Source: Candidatus Binataceae bacterium (GTDB taxonomy: Bacteria; Desulfobacterota; Binatia; Binatales; Binataceae). From it: a DNA stretch of 64,000 nucleotides. Both the position numbers and the translations under genes were made by a program. This document shows, piece by piece, positions 34,861 through 43,688 of the stretch. Location of the stretch: NCBI GenBank assembly GCA_030041155.1, contig JASHOJ010000157.1, forward strand, positions 8,328 to 72,327, read 5' to 3'. Below the pieces are notes generated by a model. The model made no database searches. It saw nothing but the letters and a program-made list of their open reading frames with translations, and was not told the origin of the DNA. How positions within the stretch are numbered: position 1 is the first letter of the stretch; the number at the start of each line of letters is the position of its first letter.

Positions 34861-35136
34861 ATGCCGAAGTTTATAAAGAGTCCCAAGTTCATAATCGGCG
34901 CGATCGTCGTACTTTGGGTCGCTTACATTCTCTACGCTAACTTCCAGATGGATCCGGTTACGTTCTATCTGCTTCCGTTCAAAGTTCTTGAACTCAAGCT
35001 GCGCGTCTCCGCGGTGATAATCGCCGCGGCGATATTCGGCTCGATAGTGACGATCGTCATTCAATTCCTATGGAGCCGTTCCTCGAAGAAGGCTTCATCG
35101 CCCGCACCGGTTGTCAAAGTGAGCACGATCGCCTGA
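34861..35136 (+). CDS. LapA-domain-like small membrane protein
   Basis: ATG 34861. Two TM helices (FIIGAIVVLWVAYILY, VSAVIIAAAIFGSIVTIVIQFLW). The 3' 76 nt overlap the convergent moeA. Confidence 0.45.
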   Translation: MPKFIKSPKFIIGAIVVLWVAYILYANFQMDPVTFYLLPFKVLELKLRVSAVIIAAAIFGSIVTIVIQFLWSRSSKKASSPAPVVKVSTIA

Positions 35137-36317
35137 GCTCCACGCTTCAGAATCGATGACGCCGCGGGTCCGATGAGTAATCCCTCGGCGCGCGCGAGCG
35201 AGCTTAGGATTCCCGAGCCCTGATTTCCGGTCGGCGCGGCTGTATATTCGCCACCTTCGCGCGAGAGCGTTACCCGCACGAACTCGGTCAGATTCGGCGC
35301 AACACTGATGTCCACGGCACATCGCACGTCGAGCCGCGGCAGTCCGCATCGTTGCATACCCGCCATCCTGCGCAGCGCCGGCCACACATAGAGGTAAAAA
35401 CACACCATTGTGGATACCGGATTTCCCGGCAATCCGAAGACGGGGCGGGTTCCGATAACTCCGAACTTCAGTGGACGTCCCGGTCTCTGCGCGACACCGT
35501 GAAACTTTGTGCTCATTCCGAGCTCGTCCAGTACATCTTTTACATAATCGAATTGGCCGACCGATACCCCGCCAGTCGAGAGCACGACGTCGTAGGCGAG
35601 AGCCTCTTCTAGGCGCTCGCGTACTTCGCTCCTGGTATCGCGCGCCACCCGCAGAATCGCAGGGATTGCGCCCGCCTCGATTATCGCCGCTGCGAGCGCA
35701 TAGGCGCTCGAATTGACCACTTGCGCGCCGCTCGGAATCTGATCGACATCTACCAGCTCGTCGCCGGTTGCAACTATCGCGACTCGCGGACGCCGGTAGA
35801 CGTCAGCCATCGCACGATTCAGCGCCGCCAGCATCCCGATATCTGACGGCCTTAACGTTTTTCCTGGTAAAGCGACCAGCGCACCCGCGCAGACGTCTTC
35901 GCCGCGGGGACGAACAAAAGCACCCGGTGCAGCGCTCGCGAGAATTTCAACCGACTGGTCCGATTCGGCGCGCGTCTGCTCGATCGGTATGATCGCATCC
36001 GCTCCCGAGGCAATTGGCGCACCGGTCATCGTCCGCGTGCAGGTGCCGCGCTCGACCTTGTGCGTAGGCATCTGGCCCGCGCCGACCGTCTCTGCCACCG
36101 CCATGCGAACCGGGTGCTCCGCGCTCGCTGAAGCAACATCCGCTGCGCGCACCGCATATCCGTCCATCGCGGAGTTGTCGAATCCTGGGATGTCGCGCGG
36201 GGACCGGACCTCGGCGGCAAACACCCGGCCTAAAGCCTCGAGAATCGGCACCCGCTCGACGCCGAGGACGTCGACCGTATCAAGCACGGTAGCAAGAGCC
36301 TGATCGGGACTTATCAT
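35061..36317 (-). CDS. moeA: molybdopterin molybdenumtransferase
   Basis: 418 aa. FDNSAMDGYAV, TGDEL, STGGVSVG, GLPGNPVS. Confidence 0.9.
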   Translation of the reverse strand: MISPDQALATVLDTVDVLGVERVPILEALGRVFAAEVRSPRDIPGFDNSAMDGYAVRAADVASASAEHPVRMAVAETVGAGQMPTHKVERGTCTRTMTGAPIASGADAIIPIEQTRAESDQSVEILASAAPGAFVRPRGEDVCAGALVALPGKTLRPSDIGMLAALNRAMADVYRRPRVAIVATGDELVDVDQIPSGAQVVNSSAYALAAAIIEAGAIPAILRVARDTRSEVRERLEEALAYDVVLSTGGVSVGQFDYVKDVLDELGMSTKFHGVAQRPGRPLKFGVIGTRPVFGLPGNPVSTMVCFYLYVWPALRRMAGMQRCGLPRLDVRCAVDISVAPNLTEFVRVTLSREGGEYTAAPTGNQGSGILSSLARAEGLLIGPAASSILKRGAQAIVLTLTTGAGDEAFFEERLHRN

Positions 36318-36422
36318 CGATGCACCCGCGATCTGCCAGTCACGATCTGGAGAATACGCGGCCTAGGTCGCGATGAGAACCCGTCTGATTTTAGAGGGCA
36401 ATGATGGCGCGGTGCGCCGGGG

Positions 36423-37394
36423 TCAGCTCGACGAGGCGGTATCAATGAGCGGAACGCGAATCTGGTAGTTATGGGCGTACGGCGGCACACGATCGTGCAG
36501 AATGGCGGGATTCAACTCCCGAAGGCGATAGATCGTCGTATGCTGGCTGCGCGCGATCGTACTGAGCCTTGTGCCGCCCCGCACCTCCACGTGCCCATAC
36601 GAGGGCGGCGCGTCGTAATCCACGTCGCCAATCCCGTATGCCGCCGCGTTGTGCGCGATAAAATCCACCGCCATGAAGCGGGCCAGAAGAGTTCTGGTTC
36701 TCCGCGGCAGACGGCTCATGAACCGGGCGAAATTGTCGCCGCGCAAGCTCCAATAGCGATCGATCGCCAAGTCGCCGCCATTCCATCCTACTATTGCTAT
36801 CCGCCAGTCCGAGCCCGCTGCGTCGTGAAGATCGGCAAGATACTCGGCTGCCGCCCGGGTAGACAGAATAGGGTCGCGACGCTCATCGACCCAATGATTC
36901 ACGTGCAAGCCATACTTCTGGGCGGTCGCTTTGTTGAATTGCCACGGCCCTTTGCCGCGTCGGGTGAATTCGCTTTCTGCGAAGGCCAGGAAAATCAAGT
37001 CATCCGGCACGCCGTACGAGCGCAGCACCCGAACCATCTGAGGAAGGTACGGTCGGCTGCGGGCGAAGCCATCTTCCAGAGAATCGGGACGATTCAGAAA
37101 TGCGTCAACATATTCCTGGACTAAGTGATTTAGGATGATTGGGAAAGGCTGAACTTCCTTTGGCTGCGATAGGATAAAGGGTGAGCGAGCTGGTGTCGCG
37201 GCTGGCGCCGGTATCATGATCGGATCCGCGCCGAGCGCTGCGATAGCGCGCGACTGCGGTTCCCATCCGGGCGCTATTCCCGGATTCTCCGCAGCCAGAG
37301 CGGTCCCGACGCCAATTCCTATCAGGGCCGGAATCGCAAGCGCCGCTGCCGCCGCCGAGACGGCGGATAGTCTGCTTCGTCTGCTCAGATGCAT
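36423..37394 (-). CDS. lytic transglycosylase (SLT domain) with C-terminal LysM
   Basis: ATG 37394 followed by a signal peptide. LAFAESEF...GPWQF is the SLT catalytic-Glu region. C-terminal RGGTRLSTIARSQHTTIYRLRELNP is LysM-like. Confidence 0.75.
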   Translation of the reverse strand: MHLSRRSRLSAVSAAAAALAIPALIGIGVGTALAAENPGIAPGWEPQSRAIAALGADPIMIPAPAATPARSPFILSQPKEVQPFPIILNHLVQEYVDAFLNRPDSLEDGFARSRPYLPQMVRVLRSYGVPDDLIFLAFAESEFTRRGKGPWQFNKATAQKYGLHVNHWVDERRDPILSTRAAAEYLADLHDAAGSDWRIAIVGWNGGDLAIDRYWSLRGDNFARFMSRLPRRTRTLLARFMAVDFIAHNAAAYGIGDVDYDAPPSYGHVEVRGGTRLSTIARSQHTTIYRLRELNPAILHDRVPPYAHNYQIRVPLIDTASSS

Positions 37395-37646
37395 CCCCCA
37401 CCGAGAACGCGACCACCGTACCGGCAAAATTTTTCCAGATCAACCCGAATGCGGATCGCAAAAGCATTAAAAAGTCTAATTTAATATTTAAATACAATTT
37501 AGATGCGCTATTGTTCGAGCGTTTTCGAGTGCGACTGTTCGCGGAAAAAACCGCGCGTAGGCGAGTAATTTCACTCGGTATCTTCGATGCCTGCGGTAGT
37601 TTGTGATAGCGTCAGCGTACGGCAGCTTGCGATAACGATATAGCGA

Positions 37647-38765
37647 TTGAACCTTTGGCGCGACATCATCGATTCATTGCCGGACGCGATTATCGTCCTA
37701 TCCGGTAAATTTGCACCCCTTGCGATAAATCCCGCTGCCGAAACGATGCTTGCGGCCTCGACAATCGGCACGTCCCAGGTCTCCGACCTGCTGGAGCATA
37801 ATCCCTGGCTCGAACGAATGGTGCGTACGTGCCTTGAGACGGGCCAAAGCGTCGGCGACCCCGATACCGTCCTAGCGGTGTCTTCGAGGTCGGTTGCAGT
37901 GCGAGCGGAAGTGTCGGCTTTGTTGGAGGATAACGGTTCGCCCACCGGCGCAATTGTCCTGCTTCAGGATCTCTCCCATCAGAAGAGCGCCGCCAGCGCC
38001 AGCGACTCCAGCTCTTCGGGGCTGCGGCTGTCGCCGGCTGGTCTTGCGCATGAGGTGAAAAACCCGCTCACCGGCATCAAGGGGGCGGCTGAGCTGCTGG
38101 CCGCGATGTATCCCGACCAGACACGAGCGCAGCAGTACTGCGGCGTTATCCTGGACGGAGTCAATCGAATCGCGGCGCTGGTCGAGCAAGTGCTTGCGGC
38201 AAGCTCGCCGCAGCGGTTGGCCCGGGAATCGGTCAACATTCATCAGGTGCTGCATCAGGCGCTCAGGATGGCCGGGCTTTACCCGACGCCGCGCCAAGGC
38301 CTGCGCATCGATCAGGATTTCGACCCCAGCTTACCCGCCATAATGGGAGATTCGGCAGCTCTGGAGCGCGCTTTTCTGAACCTGATCAAGAACGCCCACG
38401 AAGCTATTGGGCAGACCGGCGCAATCCGCCTTGCTACAAGGATGGAAACCGAGTTCCGCATGACTGCCGAAGGGCGCCGCCGCCAATTCCTGCGGGTTGA
38501 TATCTGCGACAGCGGGATCGGGCTTTCGCCGGATGCGCTGGCACAGCTTTTCACGCCTTTTTTTACCACCAAGCCGTCGGGAACTGGCCTTGGACTTGTG
38601 CTCAGCCAGCGTATCATCGCGCTGCACGGCGGCCGACTATGGGCCGAGCGAGGCGGAATCGGAAGGCCGGACGACGCCGAGCAACTGCCCGCCGGGATGA
38701 CTTTCAAGGTAACCTTACCTATAGAGACTCAGGGTGACTCGCCCGCCGCGAGTCCCTACTGTTAA
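37647..38765 (+). CDS. PAS-domain sensor histidine kinase (NtrB-like, cytoplasmic)
   Basis: TTG start. H-box LAHEVKNPLTGI, N-box LIKNAHEA, G-boxes DSGIGL and GTGLGL. No TM segments. Confidence 0.85.
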   Translation: MNLWRDIIDSLPDAIIVLSGKFAPLAINPAAETMLAASTIGTSQVSDLLEHNPWLERMVRTCLETGQSVGDPDTVLAVSSRSVAVRAEVSALLEDNGSPTGAIVLLQDLSHQKSAASASDSSSSGLRLSPAGLAHEVKNPLTGIKGAAELLAAMYPDQTRAQQYCGVILDGVNRIAALVEQVLAASSPQRLARESVNIHQVLHQALRMAGLYPTPRQGLRIDQDFDPSLPAIMGDSAALERAFLNLIKNAHEAIGQTGAIRLATRMETEFRMTAEGRRRQFLRVDICDSGIGLSPDALAQLFTPFFTTKPSGTGLGLVLSQRIIALHGGRLWAERGGIGRPDDAEQLPAGMTFKVTLPIETQGDSPAASPYC

Positions 38766-38774
38766 ATACTCGCG

Positions 38775-40280
38775 ATGGCATCCGCTGAACCCAAATGCGA
38801 GGGCGACGAGAATCAGGCGACGAACCTGAATGCGGCGCGAGTATTAGTCGCCGACGACGATCCGGCAATCCGCCTCGTGCTGCGGCATCGGCTCGAAGCC
38901 GACGGCCATACAGTTGAGGAAGCCGTCGACAGCACCGCGGCGCTCGAGGCGCTTCGAACCAATCGCTTCGATGTCGCGCTGCTCGACGTGATTATGCCCG
39001 GCGCGGGCGGGCTCGAGGTTCTGTCGCTGGCGCGCGCCCAGGATCTGCGCACACTGATAATCGTGATCACCGCCGCAAGCACGATGAACAATGCGATCGA
39101 GGCGATGAAGCGCGGCGCGCACGACTATCTGACCAAGCCGTTTGCCAATCTCGATCTGGTTGCGGCCGCGGTCTCGCGCGCGATTGAAATCGCGGCGCAG
39201 GCTGCCGATCTCGATCGGCTTAAAAATGAGGTCAATCGCCAACTTGTGGGCGGCGAGATCATCGGACGCTCACCCGCGATGCAGACCGTCTACAAGCTGG
39301 TTGGCCGCGTGGTCACCAACGACGCGACCGTCCTGCTGAACGGAGAGAGTGGAACCGGCAAGGAACTGGTCGCGCGTGCGATTCACTTCAAATCTTCCCG
39401 ATGGCGCGCCCCATTCGTGGCGGTGAACTGCTCGGCAATTCCGCAGGGCCTGGTCGAGAGCGAGCTGTTCGGTCACGAGCGCGGTTCGTTTACCGGCGCA
39501 AACGAGCGGCGGGCCGGGAAATTCGAAATGGCCGACGGCGGTACGATTTTCCTGGACGAGATTGGCGACCTGCCGCTGGAATTGCAGCCTAAATTGCTGC
39601 GGGTCCTGCAAGAACGCGAGTTCAGCCGGGTCGGCAGCGTCGAGACGCTGAAGCTCGGCGCGCGAGTAATAGCGGCCACCAACCAGGATCTGCAAAGCCT
39701 GGTGGCGGCGCGGAAATTCCGCGAGGATTTGTATTTCCGCCTGCGCGTCATACCAATTCAGATGCCGCCGCTGCGCGACCGCCGCGAGGATATCGCCGAG
39801 CTGACCGATTATTTCGTGGCCAAGGTGGTGCGCGAGATGGGCGCGCGGGTGAGCGCGATCAGCCCCGAGGCGCGCGCCAAGCTTGCCGCGCACAACTGGC
39901 CCGGCAACGTGCGCGAGCTCGAAAACACCGTGATGAGAGCGGCGCTGCTCTCGCCCGGCAACTCGATTCGCGCAAGCGACATCGAGCTTGCGCGCGGCGC
40001 CGCGACAATCGAGCGCGAACCCGCTTCGGACGGCGCGACCCTCGCGCAGATTATCGCCGGACGCATCGGCGCCTGGCTGGAAGGCACTGAAGAAGGCGAG
40101 CCGCGCGACCTGTACGAAAAGCTAATTGGCGAAATCGAAAAGCCGCTTATTGAGATGGCGCTGCGGCGAACTGGCGGCAATCAGGTCAAGGCAGCGCGGA
40201 TGCTCGGGCTGAATCGCAACACTCTGCGAAAAAAAATCACAGATCACCGGATCGCACTCACCAAGTATCCGCCGGCGTGA
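38775..40280 (+). CDS. sigma-54-dependent response regulator (NtrC family)
   Basis: 501 aa. Receiver domain (VALLDVIMPG), GESGTGKE, GSFTGA, C-terminal HTH (NQVKAARMLGLNRNTLRKK). Confidence 0.9.
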   Translation: MASAEPKCEGDENQATNLNAARVLVADDDPAIRLVLRHRLEADGHTVEEAVDSTAALEALRTNRFDVALLDVIMPGAGGLEVLSLARAQDLRTLIIVITAASTMNNAIEAMKRGAHDYLTKPFANLDLVAAAVSRAIEIAAQAADLDRLKNEVNRQLVGGEIIGRSPAMQTVYKLVGRVVTNDATVLLNGESGTGKELVARAIHFKSSRWRAPFVAVNCSAIPQGLVESELFGHERGSFTGANERRAGKFEMADGGTIFLDEIGDLPLELQPKLLRVLQEREFSRVGSVETLKLGARVIAATNQDLQSLVAARKFREDLYFRLRVIPIQMPPLRDRREDIAELTDYFVAKVVREMGARVSAISPEARAKLAAHNWPGNVRELENTVMRAALLSPGNSIRASDIELARGAATIEREPASDGATLAQIIAGRIGAWLEGTEEGEPRDLYEKLIGEIEKPLIEMALRRTGGNQVKAARMLGLNRNTLRKKITDHRIALTKYPPA

Positions 40281-40282
40281 CG

Positions 40283-40924
40283 ATGCGGCCGCTGCCGTCG
40301 CACTTCTACGCGATAGCCGATCCTGCAGACCGCGGTTGCGATCCAATCGAGCTTGCGGCGGCGATGACGGGTGCGGGCGCGAAGATCCTTCAACTCAGGC
40401 TCAAGCATGCAAGCGGCCGCGACTTCCTGCTCGCGGCGCGCGCGGTATCGGCGATCTGCCACTCTCATGGGACCATTTTTATCGTGAATGATCGGGTGGA
40501 TATCGCGATGCTGTCGGATGCCGACGGCGTGCATCTCGGACAGAGCGACTTGCCGCTTGCGCAGGCGCGCGCTCTGCTCGGCGCTGAGAAAATAATTGGA
40601 ATATCTACTCACAAAATCGAGCAGGCGCGCGAGGCCGAGCGCGGCGGCGCGGACTATATCGGATTCGGTCCGATGTACCCCGGCGGGTTAAAGAATACTC
40701 GCGAAGCACAGGGAATCGAAAATCTGCGATCGATTCGCAAGGCGGTTGCCATTCCAATCGTTGCGATCGGCGGAATCGTGGAGGACCGGATTCCGGAAAT
40801 CCTCGCCGCAGGCGCAGACGCTGCCGCGATTATCACGGATGTCGTAACTTCGCCCAATATAGACGCGAAAATTCGCTCGATCCTGAATATACGCCGCCAG
40901 AACATAGCGTCGCTGAAATTTTGA
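40283..40924 (+). CDS. thiE: thiamine-phosphate synthase
   Basis: FYAIAD....ILQLRLK, DGVHLGQSDL, GGI. GTG 40277 overlaps the regulator's TGA. ATG 40283 is the likely start. Confidence 0.85.
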   Translation: MRPLPSHFYAIADPADRGCDPIELAAAMTGAGAKILQLRLKHASGRDFLLAARAVSAICHSHGTIFIVNDRVDIAMLSDADGVHLGQSDLPLAQARALLGAEKIIGISTHKIEQAREAERGGADYIGFGPMYPGGLKNTREAQGIENLRSIRKAVAIPIVAIGGIVEDRIPEILAAGADAAAIITDVVTSPNIDAKIRSILNIRRQNIASLKF

Positions 40925-41081
40925 TGACGTGGCGCAACAGATTTGACGCGCCGATCCGAAGACAACCCGAAGATAAATAGTTGATCATCTCTCGAAGTTC
41001 AGCCTAAAGTTTAAACTTGTTGTTAACCTCGATGTTTTAGCCTGCTGTCTGCGCGGGGACGAAGGGGATGAGTACACGATC

Positions 41082-41230
41082 GTGCAAAGGCGAATATCGA
41101 GGCGACGATCAGCTGCTGAATTGACTTCTGTCACGGCGCTTTATCTTCTCGCCTCGTTCCTCATATTCGCGCGCAAGCTTATGGGCGCGCACCAGCCGCT
41201 GCAAATCGGCCACGGTTCCGATCCGTCTCA
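41082..41230 (+). pseudogene. 5' remnant of a fourth copy of the tandem membrane-protein gene
   Basis: ...LTSVTALYLLASFLIFARKLMGAHQPLQIGHGSDPS matches residues about 10-48 of the paralogs. Homology stops at GATCCGTCTCA (41220..41230). The conserved intergenic leader (GCATAGGCAGGAGCATCA) then follows. Confidence 0.6.
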
Positions 41231-41291
41231 GTGCAAGAATTTGCCCACAGTTCCTCTCCCATTTATCGCATAGGCAGGAGCATCACCCTCA

Positions 41292-43640
41292 GTGCGGAAA
41301 TCCAAATCATCGATATCAGCCTCCGTGGCCTGCCTGATATTCGCGGCGCTCGTGTACTTGGTCGCGTCATTGCTCATATTCGGGCGCGGACTGGTAGGCG
41401 CGCACCAATTGATGCAGCTCGGCCACTCCAGCGACCCGACTCATGACATGTGGTTTCTGAAGTGGTGGCCGTACGCAATTTCCCACCACATCAATCCGTT
41501 CCATACGCGGCTCTTATGGTATCCGGTGGACACCACCCTGATGTGGACCTCGACGGTTTTCTTGCCGGCAATCGTGATGGCGCCGATCACCAGCGCGTGG
41601 GGCCCGGTAGTCTCGTACAACATTCTGATGCTCGCCGCGCCGGTCATCGCCGCGACCGCCGCGTTCATGTTGTGCTACAAACTCAGCTCCGCGTATTGGT
41701 CTTCGGTCCTCGGCGGGTTCATCTTCGGCTTCTCGCCCTACATGATGACGCACATGCTGGGGCATCTGGTGCTGGTGATGATCTTCCCGGTGCCGCTCGC
41801 GGTGCTGGTGACACTGTACCGTCTTGACGGAAGCCTTTCCCGGCGTGGATACGTGGCGGCGCTCACCGCGTTGCTGACGATTGCCTTCCTGTGCAGTCCG
41901 GAAATCCCAACTACTATGACTCTGTTCGGCGGCCTGGCGCTGGCGTTGGGGCTCGTGCTGTTCCCGGCTGAATATCAAATAAAAACACTGCTGCCGGAGA
42001 TTGGCATCGCGTACGGCCTGATGATTCTGATCATTTCGCCACTACTTGTGACGATGCTTGCCTATGGAATGCCGCACGGGATGCTCTGGTCCGCAAGCAA
42101 TTACTCGGCAGATCTAGTTGGATTCATAATTCCGGAGCGGACCACAGCGATCGGCACGATCCCCGCGATTGCAAAAATATCCAATCGATTTAGCGGAACG
42201 ATTTTTGAGAATAGCGCGTGCCTGACCATTCCACTGATTGTTATCGCCGCGATCTACCTCGCATCGACTTGGGAATCGGCGGGCACCAAGCTGCTCGCCC
42301 TGATGCTCGCGTGCATTTGTATCGCCGCAATGGGTCCGCGTCTGCATTTCATGGGCAAGATGAAGTTCTGGATGCCGTGGGCGATCGCCGAGCGAATGCC
42401 TTTTATCAAGCAGGCGCTCCCGCTGCGGATGATGCTGTATGCGTTTCTTGTGCTCGCAATCGTCACCGCCATGTGGCTTGCAAACTCTCCGGCCACCACT
42501 CGAATGAAGTCGATCGCGGTAATCTTTGTAATCGCATTCCTGCTTCCAAACCCCTCGTCGGCATTCTGGGTCTCGCCGCTGTCCGATCCGGCATTTTTCA
42601 AAGAGCGGATATATCAGCAGTACCTGACGCCGGATGATGTCGTGCTCACGCTGCCTTATAGCTTTTACGGATACGAGATGTTGTGGCATGCGCAGGCGGA
42701 TTTCTCATTTCGGATGGTCGGCGCATGGATCACCGAGGAGCCGTATCAGTTCCGCCGTCTGCCAATCGTGGGGTATTTTCAGCGCGTATTCGACCTGCCA
42801 GAGGCGCCCGAGCATCTGAAGGCCTTCCTCGCACGCTATCACGTCACCGTGGTGATAGTTGACCCGAGTGATATGGATGCCGATCGCTGGCGCGGTATTC
42901 TGGCCGACGTCGGTCTCAAGCCGATCGAGACCGGCGGTATTCTGCTCTATCGGGTTCCGCAGAACGCCTTTTCCGCCTACGCCAACATCAGCGCCGATCA
43001 ACTGGAGCAGCGAGCCGTCGCGATGCGATTTAAAATCGTCGTCAACGCGGTGAATAAATACTTGGATCACGGCGGACCGATCCGTCATCTAAAGAGTGAG
43101 GCTCTTTTTGACCGCGATCTACTTCCCGCTGACTGGCCCGATTACAGAAAGTTGCCGCCGGTGCGAATGGTCGAGCAGAGATATCGACACAGTTGGAGCG
43201 TCTGGAGCACCAGGGACAGAAACGTGACTATAACATTGCGCGGCACCAGCATTGCGGTTGAACCTCTGCGCGAGAAATATAGCTCCGCCGCCAGCCGAAT
43301 CGTCTTTCCATTTCTGTTTCATGATCGCGATCCCGGCTTTCCACCCAATGGAACGCCGCTAACTATGCTGATGGTCTTCAACATCGACAGCCTGCACGCG
43401 ATAGGACAACAGCTCTCGGCGCAGCGCGTCGCCGAAGTCGCCGATAAATTCTGGCCCAAGGGCAGCATTCCCATTTCAGCGCGGCAGCCAACGCCGGCAA
43501 GGTCAAAGATCTTGAGCATCATCTATGATCGCTCGGAAGATCCGCCGCGGCCCTCCATCCGGCCCGCGTCACCACGGGTACGCGCGCGATCGAATGCTGA
43601 AGCGCGGGGAAAACTTGATGGGACCGAAAGGTCAAACTAG
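41292..43640 (+). CDS. polytopic membrane protein with C-terminal soluble domain, paralog 1 (GT-C-like topology, function unknown)
   Basis: 782 aa, GTG start. About 12 TM helices. First loop HSSDPTHDMWFLKWWPY..INPFHT. About 300-aa C-terminal domain. Confidence 0.8.
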   Translation: MRKSKSSISASVACLIFAALVYLVASLLIFGRGLVGAHQLMQLGHSSDPTHDMWFLKWWPYAISHHINPFHTRLLWYPVDTTLMWTSTVFLPAIVMAPITSAWGPVVSYNILMLAAPVIAATAAFMLCYKLSSAYWSSVLGGFIFGFSPYMMTHMLGHLVLVMIFPVPLAVLVTLYRLDGSLSRRGYVAALTALLTIAFLCSPEIPTTMTLFGGLALALGLVLFPAEYQIKTLLPEIGIAYGLMILIISPLLVTMLAYGMPHGMLWSASNYSADLVGFIIPERTTAIGTIPAIAKISNRFSGTIFENSACLTIPLIVIAAIYLASTWESAGTKLLALMLACICIAAMGPRLHFMGKMKFWMPWAIAERMPFIKQALPLRMMLYAFLVLAIVTAMWLANSPATTRMKSIAVIFVIAFLLPNPSSAFWVSPLSDPAFFKERIYQQYLTPDDVVLTLPYSFYGYEMLWHAQADFSFRMVGAWITEEPYQFRRLPIVGYFQRVFDLPEAPEHLKAFLARYHVTVVIVDPSDMDADRWRGILADVGLKPIETGGILLYRVPQNAFSAYANISADQLEQRAVAMRFKIVVNAVNKYLDHGGPIRHLKSEALFDRDLLPADWPDYRKLPPVRMVEQRYRHSWSVWSTRDRNVTITLRGTSIAVEPLREKYSSAASRIVFPFLFHDRDPGFPPNGTPLTMLMVFNIDSLHAIGQQLSAQRVAEVADKFWPKGSIPISARQPTPARSKILSIIYDRSEDPPRPSIRPASPRVRARSNAEARGKLDGTERSN

Positions 43641-43688
43641 AATGCAGTTTTTCTCCGATTTGTTGCGTAGGCAGGAGCATCAAATCCA

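Noticed and set aside
40930-40947. TGGCGCAACAGATTTGAC just after thiE, strikingly similar to the promoter at 23832 (TGGCAACAGATTTGCT)
   Set aside because: It has two extra nucleotides in the spacer and TTGA instead of TTGC, so there is no GC at -12. It is not a credible -24/-12 promoter as it stands, and the shared 10-mer could be chance.
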